Notes: generated from the letters alone by a model not told the origin. A DNA stretch of 64,000 nt from Nannocystis pusilla (GCF_051105105.1 NZ_CP185339.1), one strand, 5' to 3'; shown: positions 1 through 9,600, numbered from the stretch's first letter. Program-made: numbers and translations.

Positions 1-1
1 C

Positions 2-490
2 GTCGGCGACCCGCGCGACGAGGAGACCTTCATCGGGCCGATCATCTCGGAGAAGGAGGCGGGCCGGATCGCCGAGTGGATCGACGCGGCGGTCAAGGCC
101 GGCGCCAGGCTCCTGTGCGGCGGCCAGCGCGACGGGGTGATGGTGGCGCCGACGCTGCTCGAGCACGTGCCGCGCGACCAGCCGATCGCCGCCGAGGAGG
201 CGTTCGGGCCGGTGGCGCTGCTGCAGGAGTTCGCCAGCTTCGACGAGGCGCTGTGGCAGGTCAACGACAGCAAGTTCGGCCTGCAGGCGGGCGTGTTCAC
301 CCGCGACATCGACCGCATGCACCAGGCGTGGGACTCGCTCGAGGTCGGCGGGGTGATCATCAACGACGTGCCGTCGTTCCGCGCCGACCCGATGCCCTAC
401 GGCGGGGTCAAGGAGTCCGGCCTCGGCCGCGAGGGGCTCCGCTTCGCCATCGAAGACATGTCGGAGATCCGGATGCTCGTGGTGCGGTGA
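2..490 (+). CDS. Aldehyde dehydrogenase family protein, C-terminal part (5' end outside window)
   Basis: Track ORF 137..490 stays open in-frame to the window edge. Translation VGDPRDEETFIGPIISEKEAGRI...PYGGVKESGLGREG is the conserved ALDH C-terminal catalytic region. Confidence 0.85.
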   Translation, partial: VGDPRDEETFIGPIISEKEAGRIAEWIDAAVKAGARLLCGGQRDGVMVAPTLLEHVPRDQPIAAEEAFGPVALLQEFASFDEALWQVNDSKFGLQAGVFTRDIDRMHQAWDSLEVGGVIINDVPSFRADPMPYGGVKESGLGREGLRFAIEDMSEIRMLVVR

Positions 491-562
491 CCTGAGGATG
501 TCCGTTCGAGCATGTCGCCAGGGACATGCTCGAAGAGACCTGTCGCCGCATTCGCGGCGGGC

Positions 563-1366
563 TCACACGACCGGGACGGTGCCGCCGTCGATGGTGGTCT
601 CGCTGCCGTGGATCGAGGCGGCGCGGTCGGAGACGAGGAAGGCGACGAGCTCGGCGACCTCCTCCGGCCGGCCGGGGCGGCCGATCGGGATGCCGCCGAG
701 CGAGGTCATGAGGCCGTTGCGGGCGGTGGCCTCGTCGGTGCCGGCCTCGGCGGCCAGGCGGACGACGAGGGCGTGGGCGGCGGCGGTCTCGACGTAGCCG
801 GGGGCGATGCTGTTGACGCGCACGCCCTGGGGGCCGAACTCCTTGGCCAGGCCCTTGCTGTAGGTGCTGAGGGCGGCCTTGGCCGCGGCGTAGGCGAGGG
901 TGGACTCGTAGAGCGGCATGCGCCGCTGGATCGACGAGACGTGGAGGATGACGCCGTAGCGCTGGGCGACCATGCCGGGCAGGAAGGCGCGGTCGAAGCG
1001 GACGGCGGCGAGCAGGTTGAGGTCGAGCTCGTGGCGCCACTGGTCGTCGTCGAGGGCGAGGGCGCCGCCGCCGGGAGCGGTCGAACCACCGGCGTTGTCG
1101 ACGAGGATGTCGAGGCCGCCGAAGGCGTCGGTCACGGCGCGGACGACCCGCTCGACGCCCTCGCGGGTGGAGATGTCGGCCTGCACGAACAGGGCCGGCT
1201 CCTGTCCTTCGGGCAAGGCGGAGCGCGCGGTGGTGGCGACCGAGGCGCCGCCGGCGGCGAGCCGGCGCACGATCGCGGCGCCCATGCCCTGCGTGCCGCC
1301 GGTGACGAGGACGCGCTTGCCGGTGAATTCGCGGGGGTCGTAGAAGAGGGGCGTTGCCTGGCTCAT
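563..1366 (-). CDS. Short-chain dehydrogenase/reductase (SDR) family oxidoreductase
   Basis: Track ORF of 267 aa. Rossmann motif VLVTGGTQGMGAAI, NAG motif, and catalytic Y..AAK (YAAAKAAL). Divergent from the HxlR regulator. Confidence 0.85.
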   Translation of the reverse strand: MSQATPLFYDPREFTGKRVLVTGGTQGMGAAIVRRLAAGGASVATTARSALPEGQEPALFVQADISTREGVERVVRAVTDAFGGLDILVDNAGGSTAPGGGALALDDDQWRHELDLNLLAAVRFDRAFLPGMVAQRYGVILHVSSIQRRMPLYESTLAYAAAKAALSTYSKGLAKEFGPQGVRVNSIAPGYVETAAAHALVVRLAAEAGTDEATARNGLMTSLGGIPIGRPGRPEEVAELVAFLVSDRAASIHGSETTIDGGTVPVV

Positions 1367-1453
1367 CGGTCAGTCTCCGGGCGAGCGCACGCGCGGCGCG
1401 TCGTTCGCCGCCGCCGATTGCTCGGACCGCGAAGATGGGACTAGTCTGGTGGA

Positions 1454-1834
1454 GTGACAAGTACGCACGAAAAAGTCAGCCGCTCACCCGCAGGTAAGTC
1501 CGAGCCGCTGACGCCGGAGGCGGCGGCCGAGGCGGTGAGCGAGGCGCTGGCGCTGCTCGAGGGGCGCTGGAAGCTGCGGATCTTGTTCAACCTGTTCGGT
1601 GGCAAGGTGCTGCGCTACTCGGAGCTCGAACGCGCCATCCCGGAGGTGTCGCAGAAGATGCTGGCGCAGCAGCTGCGCCGGCTCGAGAGCGACGGACTCG
1701 TGCAGCGCGAGGTGTTCGGCGAGGTGCCGCCGCGCGTCGAATACCGCCTGACCGATTGGGGCCAGTCGCTGTGCCCGACCCTCGATTCGCTGCTGCGCTG
1801 GTCGGCGCGGCGCGAGGCGGCGAGCGTGGAGTGA
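1454..1834 (+). CDS. HxlR-family winged-helix transcriptional regulator
   Basis: 126 aa. GRWKLRILFNLFGGKVLRYSELERAIPEVSQKMLAQQLRRLESDGLVQREVF is a typical HxlR/MarR-like HTH. Classic divergent pairing with the SDR. Confidence 0.8.
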   Translation: MTSTHEKVSRSPAGKSEPLTPEAAAEAVSEALALLEGRWKLRILFNLFGGKVLRYSELERAIPEVSQKMLAQQLRRLESDGLVQREVFGEVPPRVEYRLTDWGQSLCPTLDSLLRWSARREAASVE

Positions 1835-1940
1835 GCGGGGCGCCGTGAGCCGGGGGCGGCGGCCGCGAGCGCGTGGCGAGAGAGCGCCACGAGCGGGCGG
1901 CGAGCGACGTGCCGCGCGGCGTCGCGTTCGGCCGCGAGGC

Positions 1941-2250
1941 GGCTGTCGCCCTGGACAGGTGCTTCGCGGAAGGTGAGTGGCTGTCGCTTCGGACAGGTGG
2001 TCCGCGGAAGGTAAAAGGGCTGTCGCTTCGGACAGGCGGTCCACGGCGGTGAAGGGCTGTCGCTTCGGACAGTGCGCGCGGCCGTGAGGAGCTGCCTCTT
2101 CGGACAGGCGCGAGCTCGGTCGCGGGGCGGCTGTCGCTTCGGACAGGCGGTCCGGGCGGTGAACGGCTGTCGCTTCGGACAGGCGGTCCACGGATTTTGG
2201 CTGTCGTTTCGGACAGGCGCCCGGTGCTGCGACAGGCTGTCTCTTCGGAC
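1941..2250. repeat. Tandem array of 9 hairpin units (GCTGTCGCTTCGGACAGG, ~37 bp period) between convergent genes
   Basis: Units start near 1942, 1980, 2018, 2055, 2091, 2129, 2166, 2200 and 2236. Each has a 6-bp stem CTGTCG/CGGACAG around a CTTCG (UUCG-like) loop. Spacers are semi-conserved (GGTCCRCGG..GGTGAA). Track ORFs across it (1484..2275, 1615..2280, repeating ACPKRQP) are translation artefacts of the repeat. Confidence 0.8.
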
Positions 2251-2349
2251 AGGCGGAGCCATGCCGCCGGGACACTTCATCGGCGCGCGGTCGCGACGAA
2301 GCCGCCCGGAGTCGCGGGACGCCGGGCGGACGGGGCTCGGGCGCGCTTT

Positions 2350-2733
2350 TTAGCGCAGCGAGTTGCGGAGCCGCGGGATGGTGTCCGGGAGGACGACGCT
2401 GACGAGGATGCCGAGCGGCGCCTTGATGCAGTCGACGGCCATGCCCATGCGGTACTTGTCGGTCAGATCGACGACGATGATCATGACGTTGCCCTCCTCG
2501 CCGAGGCGCAGGAGCGTCTGATAGACGAAGTCGGGCACCGGCAGCTGGGACTTCTTGAGCGCCTCCGTGATTCGTTCACAGAGGATGTTGAAGAGGGCGC
2601 ACGCCTTGGGCGAGCTGCGGATGCCGGCGACCGACATACCGGACGTCTTGCTGAAGACGTCGATGGTGGCGAGGCCGCCCATCAGGCCGTCTTCGATCTC
2701 GGTGAGGGTCGAATTCACGTCTTTCAGGTTCAT
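2350..2733 (-). CDS. Small roadblock/LC7-like (MglB-like) domain protein, tentative
   Basis: Track ORF 2350..2970. The plausible start is the internal Met (MNLKDVNSTLTEIEDG...) at 2733, preceded by GAGAGG. 127 aa with an alpha-beta pattern reminiscent of the roadblock fold. Family assignment is by eye only. Confidence 0.4.
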   Translation of the reverse strand: MNLKDVNSTLTEIEDGLMGGLATIDVFSKTSGMSVAGIRSSPKACALFNILCERITEALKKSQLPVPDFVYQTLLRLGEEGNVMIIVVDLTDKYRMGMAVDCIKAPLGILVSVVLPDTIPRLRNSLR

Positions 2734-3094
2734 CTCGGTGTGCCTCTCGGGGCCGCGATCAGCGAGCAGGACCACACTACATGGAGCCGGGGTCCGATCG
2801 GTGGGGAGTCGGCGAGAAAGCGGCGCTGCCGTTCCGCGGGGACGAGCGCGTCGCGGGTTGCACGCGTTCCGCGAAAGCGGCCGCAGGGCCACCTCCGCGG
2901 CGGTTTGGCGTGGTGCGGGGTCGCGCAAACGGCGCCGGGCGGCGAGAAATCCCCCTCGGTCTGGGGGCATCCAGGGGCCTGGGGGGCCGGCGGCCGTAGA
3001 TCACCCCCGCCCCGGTCCGGGCGGCTCGGCGGTCAGATGTCCTGCACGTCAGGCGGGGCGGAGGGATGCGGCGCGCTCGCAAGGGAGGGCCGGC

Positions 3095-3270
3095 GGCTGT
3101 CCTTGAGGGCAGGTCAGGAGCGCTCGGCGACGCGCGGCGGTCGATCGAAGGCTGTCCTGGGGGACAGGTGATGCGCGGCGGCGGCGGTCGCGAGAGTCGG
3201 CCCGACGTCGCGACTGCGGCGAGGCCGGGTGAGCCGACCTCGCCGCGCGGGCTGTCCTTGCGGACAGGTT
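3095..3270. repeat. Three hairpin-family copies directly downstream of the DUF1552 gene stop
   Basis: gctgtccttgagggcagg (3098), ggctgtcctgggggacagg (3150) and gctgtccttgcggacagg (3251). The last lies 14 nt 3' of the stop at 3281-3283 on the minus-strand gene. Terminator-like. Confidence 0.6.
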
Positions 3271-3280
3271 TAGATGTCTC

Positions 3281-4663
3281 TCAGGCCAGGAGGGCGGCGC
3301 ACGGGGTGTTGGAGTAGCCGTCGCCGTCGGCGTTGGTGGCGCCGACCTCGGTGGCCTCCGGCACGACCGACTGCAGGCAGGCGAGCAGGATGTCGGAGGT
3401 GTTCTCGCTCGACTGCGAGTGGTAGTGCTCGGCGGGGTAGCGCAGGGTGCCGCCGCCGCGGCCGGCGACGATGCACGGCTGGTCGAACACGCTGTGGGTG
3501 TAGCCCGAGGCGGCGTCGCTGCCGAGGATCACGCACGAGTTGTCGAGCAGGTTGCCGTCGCCCTCGACCGTCTCCTTGAGGCGGTTCAGCAGGACCGCGA
3601 AGCACTCGACCGTCTTGATCGTGGCCTGGTCGACCGCCTCGTTGTCGGCGGTGTCGTGGGTCATGTCGTGGTGACCCTTGCTGTGGCCGAGGCTCTTGAA
3701 GATGTGGTAGCCGACCGAGCCCGAGAACTGGATGCTGACGATCCGGGTGAGGTCGCAGCGGAACGCCTCGATGATGATGTCGACCATGGCCGCGTTGACG
3801 AGCTCGATCGGCTCGGCGCCGTCGATGTCCATGTTGGTCTCGATCGGCATGCCCGGCAGGGTGCAGGCCGGCGGCAGGGTCTCGATCTGCTTCTTGATCT
3901 GCTCGACGCTGGCGAGGTGGGCGTCGAGGCGGAGCTTGTCGGCGCTGCCGACCCGCAGCTTGAGCGCCTTCACGTCCTCGCGCACGGCGTCGAGGATGTC
4001 GACGCGCGGGCCCTTGGTCGGGTCGTCGGGCGGGACGAAGCTCTCGAACAGGGCGGCGAACGCCTCCTGCGGGTTGAAGAACGGCGGCAGCGGCTGGTCG
4101 GGGCCCTTGTGCGAGAGGTACTGCAGGGTCGGCCCCTCGCCGGTGACGACTCGCTTCGACACCGCGAGCTGCAGCGACGGCAGGAAGGTCTGGCCGCCGA
4201 CGGCGGCGGCGGCGACCTGGTCGATCGAGGGGCCGCCGAACTTCGACGAGTAGCTGTTCTCGGCGTGCGGCAGCTCGATGAACGGGTAGCCGGAGAAGAA
4301 GCCGGCGCAGCCGTCGTGGTGGCCGCGGCGGTGCTTCGAGGAGGCCTTGATGTCGAAGCCGGTGAGCAGGTTGCAGTAGTCGCGCACGCCCTCGAGCGCG
4401 GCCAGCTGCGGGGTCAGCGGGTAGTTCGGCCCGGTCTCGGCGGGGGCCCAGCGGTTGCCCTTGCCGACGTCGGCGGGGTCGACGAGGGCGACGCCGTTGC
4501 CGAAGTGCCAGGTGATCATGCGCCGCGGCAGGGCGGTGCCGTCGGCGTGGGCGGTGCCGTTCGAGTTGAGCATGGCCTCGAGCAGCGGGAGCGCGAGCGC
4601 GACGGAGGTGCCCCCGGCGACGCCGCGGAGCAGGGTGCGACGGCTGAGTTGATGGCGCTTCAT
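3281..4663 (-). CDS. DUF1552 domain protein with Tat-like signal peptide
   Basis: Internal start MKRHQLSRRTLLRGVAGG (twin-Arg signal) in track ORF 3281..5575. AAGGAG RBS 8 nt upstream. Stop/start coupled to the upstream DUF1592 gene. Body matches the DUF1552 family. Confidence 0.8.
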   Translation of the reverse strand: MKRHQLSRRTLLRGVAGGTSVALALPLLEAMLNSNGTAHADGTALPRRMITWHFGNGVALVDPADVGKGNRWAPAETGPNYPLTPQLAALEGVRDYCNLLTGFDIKASSKHRRGHHDGCAGFFSGYPFIELPHAENSYSSKFGGPSIDQVAAAAVGGQTFLPSLQLAVSKRVVTGEGPTLQYLSHKGPDQPLPPFFNPQEAFAALFESFVPPDDPTKGPRVDILDAVREDVKALKLRVGSADKLRLDAHLASVEQIKKQIETLPPACTLPGMPIETNMDIDGAEPIELVNAAMVDIIIEAFRCDLTRIVSIQFSGSVGYHIFKSLGHSKGHHDMTHDTADNEAVDQATIKTVECFAVLLNRLKETVEGDGNLLDNSCVILGSDAASGYTHSVFDQPCIVAGRGGGTLRYPAEHYHSQSSENTSDILLACLQSVVPEATEVGATNADGDGYSNTPCAALLA

Positions 4664-4677
4664 GACTCGTGCTCCTT

Positions 4678-6492
4678 TCACTCCGGGGTGCCCACGCGCA
4701 GGAAGGCGGGGCTGGCGACGAGCTCGGCGAGGAGCTCCTTCATGCGGTACTCGTTGTCCTCGAACGCCTGGTCGAGGTCCTTCAGCGCCTCGGCCTCGCC
4801 GGGCACCTCGAGGTGGCCGGTGGCGTGGCGGAACAGGTTGCGCACGAGGCAGCGCGTGACCGCCGGGCTCTGGCGCAGGAGGGTGCCGAGCTCGCGGGCG
4901 CCGTCGAACTCGCCGAGGCTGTCGAGGTTGCTGACGGTATCGAGGGTGACGCCGTTCTCGACGAGGCGGAACACGCCGATGCCGTCGAAGTTCTCGAGGC
5001 CGAAGCCGATGTCGTCCATGAGCTTGTGGCAGCCCGAGCACGAGGGGTTGGTCTGGTGCTCGGCCAGGCGGTCGCGCATGGTCGGGTAGTCCTCGCCGAC
5101 CGGCAGCTCGGTGACGACGTTGGCCGGCGGCGCCGGGATGCCCTGACACATCAAGACCTCGCGCACGAACTTGCCGCGCAGGGTCGGCGAGGTGCTGCTG
5201 ATGTGCGCGTAGGCGGCGAGGAAGCCGCCCTGACCGAGCAGGCCGCCGCGCTTGCTGTCGACCGGGAGGTCGAACTGCTGCCAGGTGTCGCCGAGCACCG
5301 CAGGGTCGGGGATGAGGCCGTAGAGCGCGGCGAGCGGGCCGTTGGCGAAGGTGTACGGGGCGTCGAGGAAGTCGCGGAAGTCGGCCTCGCGCGTGAAGGC
5401 GATGTCGTCGATGAGCTTGAGCGACTCCTCGCGCATGGCGGCCCCGAGCGCGGGCGACCAGGCGGGGAAGGTGGCGGGATCCTTCGGCAGGGCCTCGAGC
5501 GTGCGCAGGCGCAGGACCTCGGCGAAGAACCCGCCGAGGGCGCCGCGCGCGGCTGGCGTTTCGAGCATGGTCCAAGCGACATCCCGGACGGCGTCGGCGG
5601 TGGCGAGGCCGTCGCCCTCGCCGAGGTCGATAAGCTCGCGCGTCGGAGTGGTGTCCATCAAGAAGAAGCTGAGGCGCGTGGCGAGCTCGACGCCGGTCAG
5701 CACGCGCTGCGCCGGATCGTCGGGATCGGGCTCGCCGACCTCGACCTGGTAGAGGAAGTAGGGCGACTGCAGCAGGCCGGCGACGGCGTACTCGCGGCCC
5801 GACTCCCAGTTGCCGAACGCCAGCGCGGCGTCGCGGCCGACCGCGCCGTAGCGATCGATCTCGGCCTGGGTGAGGCTGCGGCGCCAGGCGACGCGGCCGA
5901 AGTTGGCGACGAACTCCTTGTGACAGGCCTCGTCGTCGGCGCCGGTCGGCACACAGGTGTGGTAGCTGGCGAGGATGGCGTCGTCGGCGGCGGCCGCGAC
6001 CTTGCGCGCCGACTTCTCGTAGGTGTCGACGGCCTGATCGTTGAGCGCGAGCTGGGCGGCGCCGATCGCTTCGAAGCCGTTGAGCGCGCTGTCCGGCGGG
6101 GTCTCGACCACGGCGGCCGCGGCGTCGCCGAGCAGGTAGGCGACAGAGCTCCGGTACTGGCGCGCGAGCAGCAGACGCAGGCGCGCGGGGGCCGGGGCGA
6201 ACTCTTCCCCACCGCCGTCAGTCGGGTCGGTACCTTCGGTCGGATCGCCGTCGGTGCCGGCGGAGTTGGGCCCGCCGGTCTCGGTGGGATCCTCGCCGCC
6301 GGTCAGGGTGGGGTTGCTGGCGCTCTGGTCCTGGCCGGCGCCGTGGTAGCAACCGCCGGCGAGGCTCGCCGTGAGAGTGAGAAGGACCGCGAGCTCTCCC
6401 GGACCTTGCGGCCTGGATGGTGCGCGGGCGAAACGAGGCTGCCTGGGCATGGGCGGCTCCTTGCTGGGGGATCCACCATAAGGGAGGGTCAA
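4678..6492 (-). CDS. DUF1592/DUF1588/DUF1585-type protein (cytochrome-like CSGCH motif), lipoprotein-like N-terminus
   Basis: 604 aa track ORF with LAGGC lipobox-like N-terminus and a CSGCHKLMD motif. Canonical partner gene of DUF1552 in Planctomycetota and Myxococcota. An alternative start Met lies 14 codons in. Confidence 0.8.
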   Translation of the reverse strand: MTLPYGGSPSKEPPMPRQPRFARAPSRPQGPGELAVLLTLTASLAGGCYHGAGQDQSASNPTLTGGEDPTETGGPNSAGTDGDPTEGTDPTDGGGEEFAPAPARLRLLLARQYRSSVAYLLGDAAAAVVETPPDSALNGFEAIGAAQLALNDQAVDTYEKSARKVAAAADDAILASYHTCVPTGADDEACHKEFVANFGRVAWRRSLTQAEIDRYGAVGRDAALAFGNWESGREYAVAGLLQSPYFLYQVEVGEPDPDDPAQRVLTGVELATRLSFFLMDTTPTRELIDLGEGDGLATADAVRDVAWTMLETPAARGALGGFFAEVLRLRTLEALPKDPATFPAWSPALGAAMREESLKLIDDIAFTREADFRDFLDAPYTFANGPLAALYGLIPDPAVLGDTWQQFDLPVDSKRGGLLGQGGFLAAYAHISSTSPTLRGKFVREVLMCQGIPAPPANVVTELPVGEDYPTMRDRLAEHQTNPSCSGCHKLMDDIGFGLENFDGIGVFRLVENGVTLDTVSNLDSLGEFDGARELGTLLRQSPAVTRCLVRNLFRHATGHLEVPGEAEALKDLDQAFEDNEYRMKELLAELVASPAFLRVGTPE

Positions 6493-6620
6493 GATCTGCG
6501 TCCACGGCGCGCATCGTGAGGGGGGCTGTCTACTGAGGTTCCCTGTCCGCAGAAGACCCCACGCGCCGAGGTCGGGCCGTGACGCGCCCGCGAAAGCGTT
6601 GTATTACCGATCGTGGAGCG

Positions 6621-7151
6621 ATGAACCTCGTCCCGCCGACGTACATCTGCCTCGACCTGCCCGAGCCGCAGGCGTCGGAAGTGATGGCGCTGCGTCGCCG
6701 CTACTGTCAGCGCCTCAAAGACTTCCCGCCCGAGATCACGATCACGGGCTCGAGCGGCGTGGGCGCGATGCTGCCGCAGCTCCACTGGGACCGCGTCGAA
6801 CCCAAGCTCGAGGCCATCGCGCAGGAGTGGGCGCCGATCCGCGCGAGCCTCGGCGGGATGGTCCGCTTCCCGGACACCGACATCTTCTGCCTCAGCATGT
6901 CGGACCCGATGCCGTTCATGGCCCTCCACGAGGCGCTCAAACACTCGGGGATCGCGTTCGAGGAGAGCCAGTTCCCGTTCTTCCCCCACTGCACGATCCG
7001 CATGGCGGGGCCGCTCAGCGACGCGGACATCAGCGCGCTGTTCTCGTTGACCGTCCCCGGCGAGTTCACGATCGCCGAGCTGGCCCTGTATCAGCGCACG
7101 TCCGACGACCGGATCGTCCGCGTGTGGTCGCGGCCGCTCGCCGGCTCGTAG
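6621..7151 (+). CDS. 2H phosphoesterase (LigT-like) superfamily protein, tentative
   Basis: Start MNLVPPTYICLDL at 6621 (GGAGCG upstream) within track ORF 6579..7151. One clear H-x-T-x motif (PHCTIRM). The first motif is degenerate (EITITG). Confidence 0.4.
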   Translation: MNLVPPTYICLDLPEPQASEVMALRRRYCQRLKDFPPEITITGSSGVGAMLPQLHWDRVEPKLEAIAQEWAPIRASLGGMVRFPDTDIFCLSMSDPMPFMALHEALKHSGIAFEESQFPFFPHCTIRMAGPLSDADISALFSLTVPGEFTIAELALYQRTSDDRIVRVWSRPLAGS

Positions 7152-7211
7152 GCCCGTCGGCCGGCGAGAAGGTGTTGCCGGTCGGGCCCGCGCTCGGGTA
7201 CTCGGTCGATC

Positions 7212-9278
7212 GTGCGCAGATCCAGCCTCGTATCCCTCGTCGCCGTCGGCCTCGTCGCTTGCCAGGATCCGGCCGCCAGCAGCGCGACCGACAACGCCTC
7301 GAGCTCCGAGATGTCCGAGACGACAGGTCCGATGGAACCTGTCCCAACGACCTCGTCATCGGGCAGCTCCGGATCTACGGGCGCGCAGGACGGCTGCCCC
7401 GAGGGCTGCGCGATGGACGAAGCGTGTGTCGGGGGCAGCTGCGAGGCCGTCGGTCGCGCGGACATCGAGGCCGGCTGCCACCCGCTCGGCGACCCCGCAG
7501 GCCGCGGCCAGTGCGTGTACCCGTGGCCGTCGAACTTCTACACGACGCCGTCAGGCGACAGCCCGACCGGGCTGGCAGTGGCGTTGCCGGCGGCCCTGCT
7601 GCCGAAGAACACGCAGCAGGCGGAGTTCCCCGCAGACGAGTTCGTCAACGGAAAGCCAGGGTTCACTCCGAACGCGCAGCTCCGGTTCGCGTCGGCGCGG
7701 CCCATCGACGGGGCTTCGCTGCCGCCGCTGACCGACATCGGAAGTTCGCTGGCCGACGACGCGCCGATCGTGCTGCTCGAGGTCGGCTCGGGGGAACGCT
7801 GGCCGTACTTCGCGGAGGTCGATGCGACGGCAGTGGCAGGCGAACCCCAGACGATCTTCGTGCGGCCGATGCGGCAGCCGCGTGCAGGCGAGCGCTACGT
7901 AGTCGCCGTTCGTGGGCTGCGCGATAAAAACGGCGAGGAGATCCCGGCCTCGCCGCTGTTCCGCGCGCTGCGCGACGCGCTGACGACCGACGTGCCGCAG
8001 CTCGAGGCCGAGCGCGAACGCTACGACGAGATCTTCGCGGCGCTGGCCGCCGCAGGGATCGATCGCGGGTCGCTGCAGCTGGCGTGGGACTTCACGACGA
8101 ACACGCAGGCGGACCTGCAGCGCGACTTCACGGCGATCATGCCGCAGGTCGTGGCGAGCGCGGAGGCCGGAGACCTCGGCTACTCGATCGCGGAGGTGAG
8201 CGAATTTCCGGGTACGGAGGTGCCGCTGGTGGTGCGCGGGACGTTCACGGTGCCGAGCTGCCTGGGGGGCGACAGCGGGCCCGGCACGGTGTTCGCCCGC
8301 GATCCGGAGGGGCTGCCGGACTGCTCGAACACGGCGACCGCGAACTTCTGGATCGCGGTGCCGCAGGCGATCTACGAGGCGAAGACGCCGGCGCCGGTGG
8401 CGGTGTACGGGCACGGGCTGCTCGGCTCGGGCTCGGAGGCGGAGTCGGTGGCGAAGAAGAACGGGTCGCTCATCATGGCGGGGACCGACTTCTGGGGGAT
8501 GTCGGAGGACGACATCGCGGCGGTGCTCGGGATGCTCGGCGGCAACTTCGTCGGCGGCCGGACGCTGGGCGAACGACTGGTGCAGTCGACGGTGAACTTC
8601 ACGACGCTGGCGTACCTGGCCCAGGGCGAGCTGGCGCAGGAGCCGGCGCTCCAAGGGCTGATCGATCCGTCGACGGTGTACTACGTCGGCGGATCGCAGG
8701 GCGGGATCATGGGGGCGACGGTGACTGCGATGGCGCCGAACCTGCGACGCGGGGTGCTGGTGGTCGGCGCGTCGAACTACTCGCTGATGGTGTGGCGCTC
8801 GACGGCGTTCGAGCAGGTGAACTCGGTGTGGGCGGCGACGCAGCCGAGCACGCAGAACCGCGAGTTCCTGTTCGCGCTGTACCAGGCAGTGTTCGACGTG
8901 GCAGACCCGGTGACGTACCGCTCGGTGATCGAGGAGGCAGGCGATGCGCTGCTGCTCATCGAGTCGATCGGGGACGCACAGGTGGCAAACATCGCTTCGG
9001 AGGCGATGGCCCGCTCGTACGGGATGCGGATGGCAGGACCTTCGGTGTACCCGGTGTGGGGGATCGAGGATGCTCCGCCGGGGTTCACGGGGTCGGCGCT
9101 GCTGCAGGTCGATACGAAGAAGGGGCCGCTGCCTCCGGTCGAGAACCTGCCGGCTGGCGGGGACAACGGGGCGCACGGGGCGGCTGTCGACGATCCGGCG
9201 GTGCAGGGGATCCTCGGGGCGTTTCTGCTCGAGGGGGTGGTCTCGAACTCTTGCGATGGGGTTTGCGATCCCGGGTGA
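7212..9278 (+). CDS. Lipoprotein, possibly alpha/beta-hydrolase-like (GGSQGG nucleophile-elbow-like motif)
   Basis: 688 aa. Signal plus lipobox LVAC. Ser/Thr-rich linker and Cys-rich segment. YYVGGSQGGIMG resembles GxSxG. Confidence 0.6.
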   Translation: MRRSSLVSLVAVGLVACQDPAASSATDNASSSEMSETTGPMEPVPTTSSSGSSGSTGAQDGCPEGCAMDEACVGGSCEAVGRADIEAGCHPLGDPAGRGQCVYPWPSNFYTTPSGDSPTGLAVALPAALLPKNTQQAEFPADEFVNGKPGFTPNAQLRFASARPIDGASLPPLTDIGSSLADDAPIVLLEVGSGERWPYFAEVDATAVAGEPQTIFVRPMRQPRAGERYVVAVRGLRDKNGEEIPASPLFRALRDALTTDVPQLEAERERYDEIFAALAAAGIDRGSLQLAWDFTTNTQADLQRDFTAIMPQVVASAEAGDLGYSIAEVSEFPGTEVPLVVRGTFTVPSCLGGDSGPGTVFARDPEGLPDCSNTATANFWIAVPQAIYEAKTPAPVAVYGHGLLGSGSEAESVAKKNGSLIMAGTDFWGMSEDDIAAVLGMLGGNFVGGRTLGERLVQSTVNFTTLAYLAQGELAQEPALQGLIDPSTVYYVGGSQGGIMGATVTAMAPNLRRGVLVVGASNYSLMVWRSTAFEQVNSVWAATQPSTQNREFLFALYQAVFDVADPVTYRSVIEEAGDALLLIESIGDAQVANIASEAMARSYGMRMAGPSVYPVWGIEDAPPGFTGSALLQVDTKKGPLPPVENLPAGGDNGAHGAAVDDPAVQGILGAFLLEGVVSNSCDGVCDPG

Positions 9279-9281
9279 CGG

Positions 9282-9337
9282 CGGCGGTTCGGGTGTGGCG
9301 GTTCGGGTGTGGCGGTTCGGGTGTGGCGGTTCGGGGG
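9282..9337. repeat. Tandem 14-mer (GGCGGTTCGGGTGT) x4 immediately after the stop of the 7212..9278 gene
   Basis: Direct reading: ggcggttcgggtgtggcggttcgggtgtggcggttcgggtgtggcggttcgggggg. Confidence 0.8.
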
Positions 9338-9370
9338 GTCGGTTCGCGAATTGCCGACTGCGCCTCGCGG

Positions 9371-9472
9371 GGGGTCCGGGGAAGGTCCGGCCGCGAGTTA
9401 ACCGACCCGATGGGCGCTCGTGCCTCGCACCCATCGGGTCTCTAATTCGCGGCCGGCCCTTCCCCGGACCCC
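9371..9472. repeat. Long imperfect inverted repeat (~44-bp arms) forming a ~100-nt hairpin
   Basis: Left arm ggggtccggggaaggtccggccgcgagttaaccgacccgatggg. Right arm cccatcgggtctctaattcgcggccggcccttccccggacccc. Identical blocks GGGGTCCGGGGAAGG and GACCCGATGGG. Confidence 0.7.
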
Positions 9473-9555
9473 TGGCACGGCTGCAGCCGTGAGAGGCCGC
9501 CTCGCCGTCGTCGGCTCCGATGGCGGGTGTCTTTTGGGGCATGTCACGGGGCGCC

Positions 9556-9600
9556 TGTTCGGCGGCCAGGGCTGGCCGCCGAACAGACGCTTTCTCGCGT
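9556..9600 (+). terminator. Perfect 15-bp-stem hairpin (CTGTTCGGCGGCCAG ggc CTGGCCGCCGAACAG) followed by CTTTCTC
   Basis: Seen directly. Lies about 280 nt downstream of the nearest plus-strand stop, so it may terminate an unannotated transcript. Confidence 0.45.

Noticed and set aside
1941-2250. Possible CRISPR array (regularly spaced ~37-bp repeat units)
   Set aside because: The repeat is only ~17 nt and the ~20-nt spacers are similar to one another (GGTCCRCGG..GGTGAA) rather than unique. No leader or cas genes are nearby. The same hairpin occurs as singletons all over the window, so it behaves as a REP-like tandem repeat, not a CRISPR array.
1484-2280. Track ORFs 1484..2275 and 1615..2280 (minus) with repeating ACPKRQP / LSEATA heptads
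   Set aside because: They are translations of the tandem hairpin array. They have no start context or homology and have the composition typical of repeat artefacts.
6530-6560. ctgtccgcagaagacc upstream of the DUF1592 gene as another hairpin-family element
   Set aside because: The right arm does not complement the left (no GGACAG), so it is not a member.
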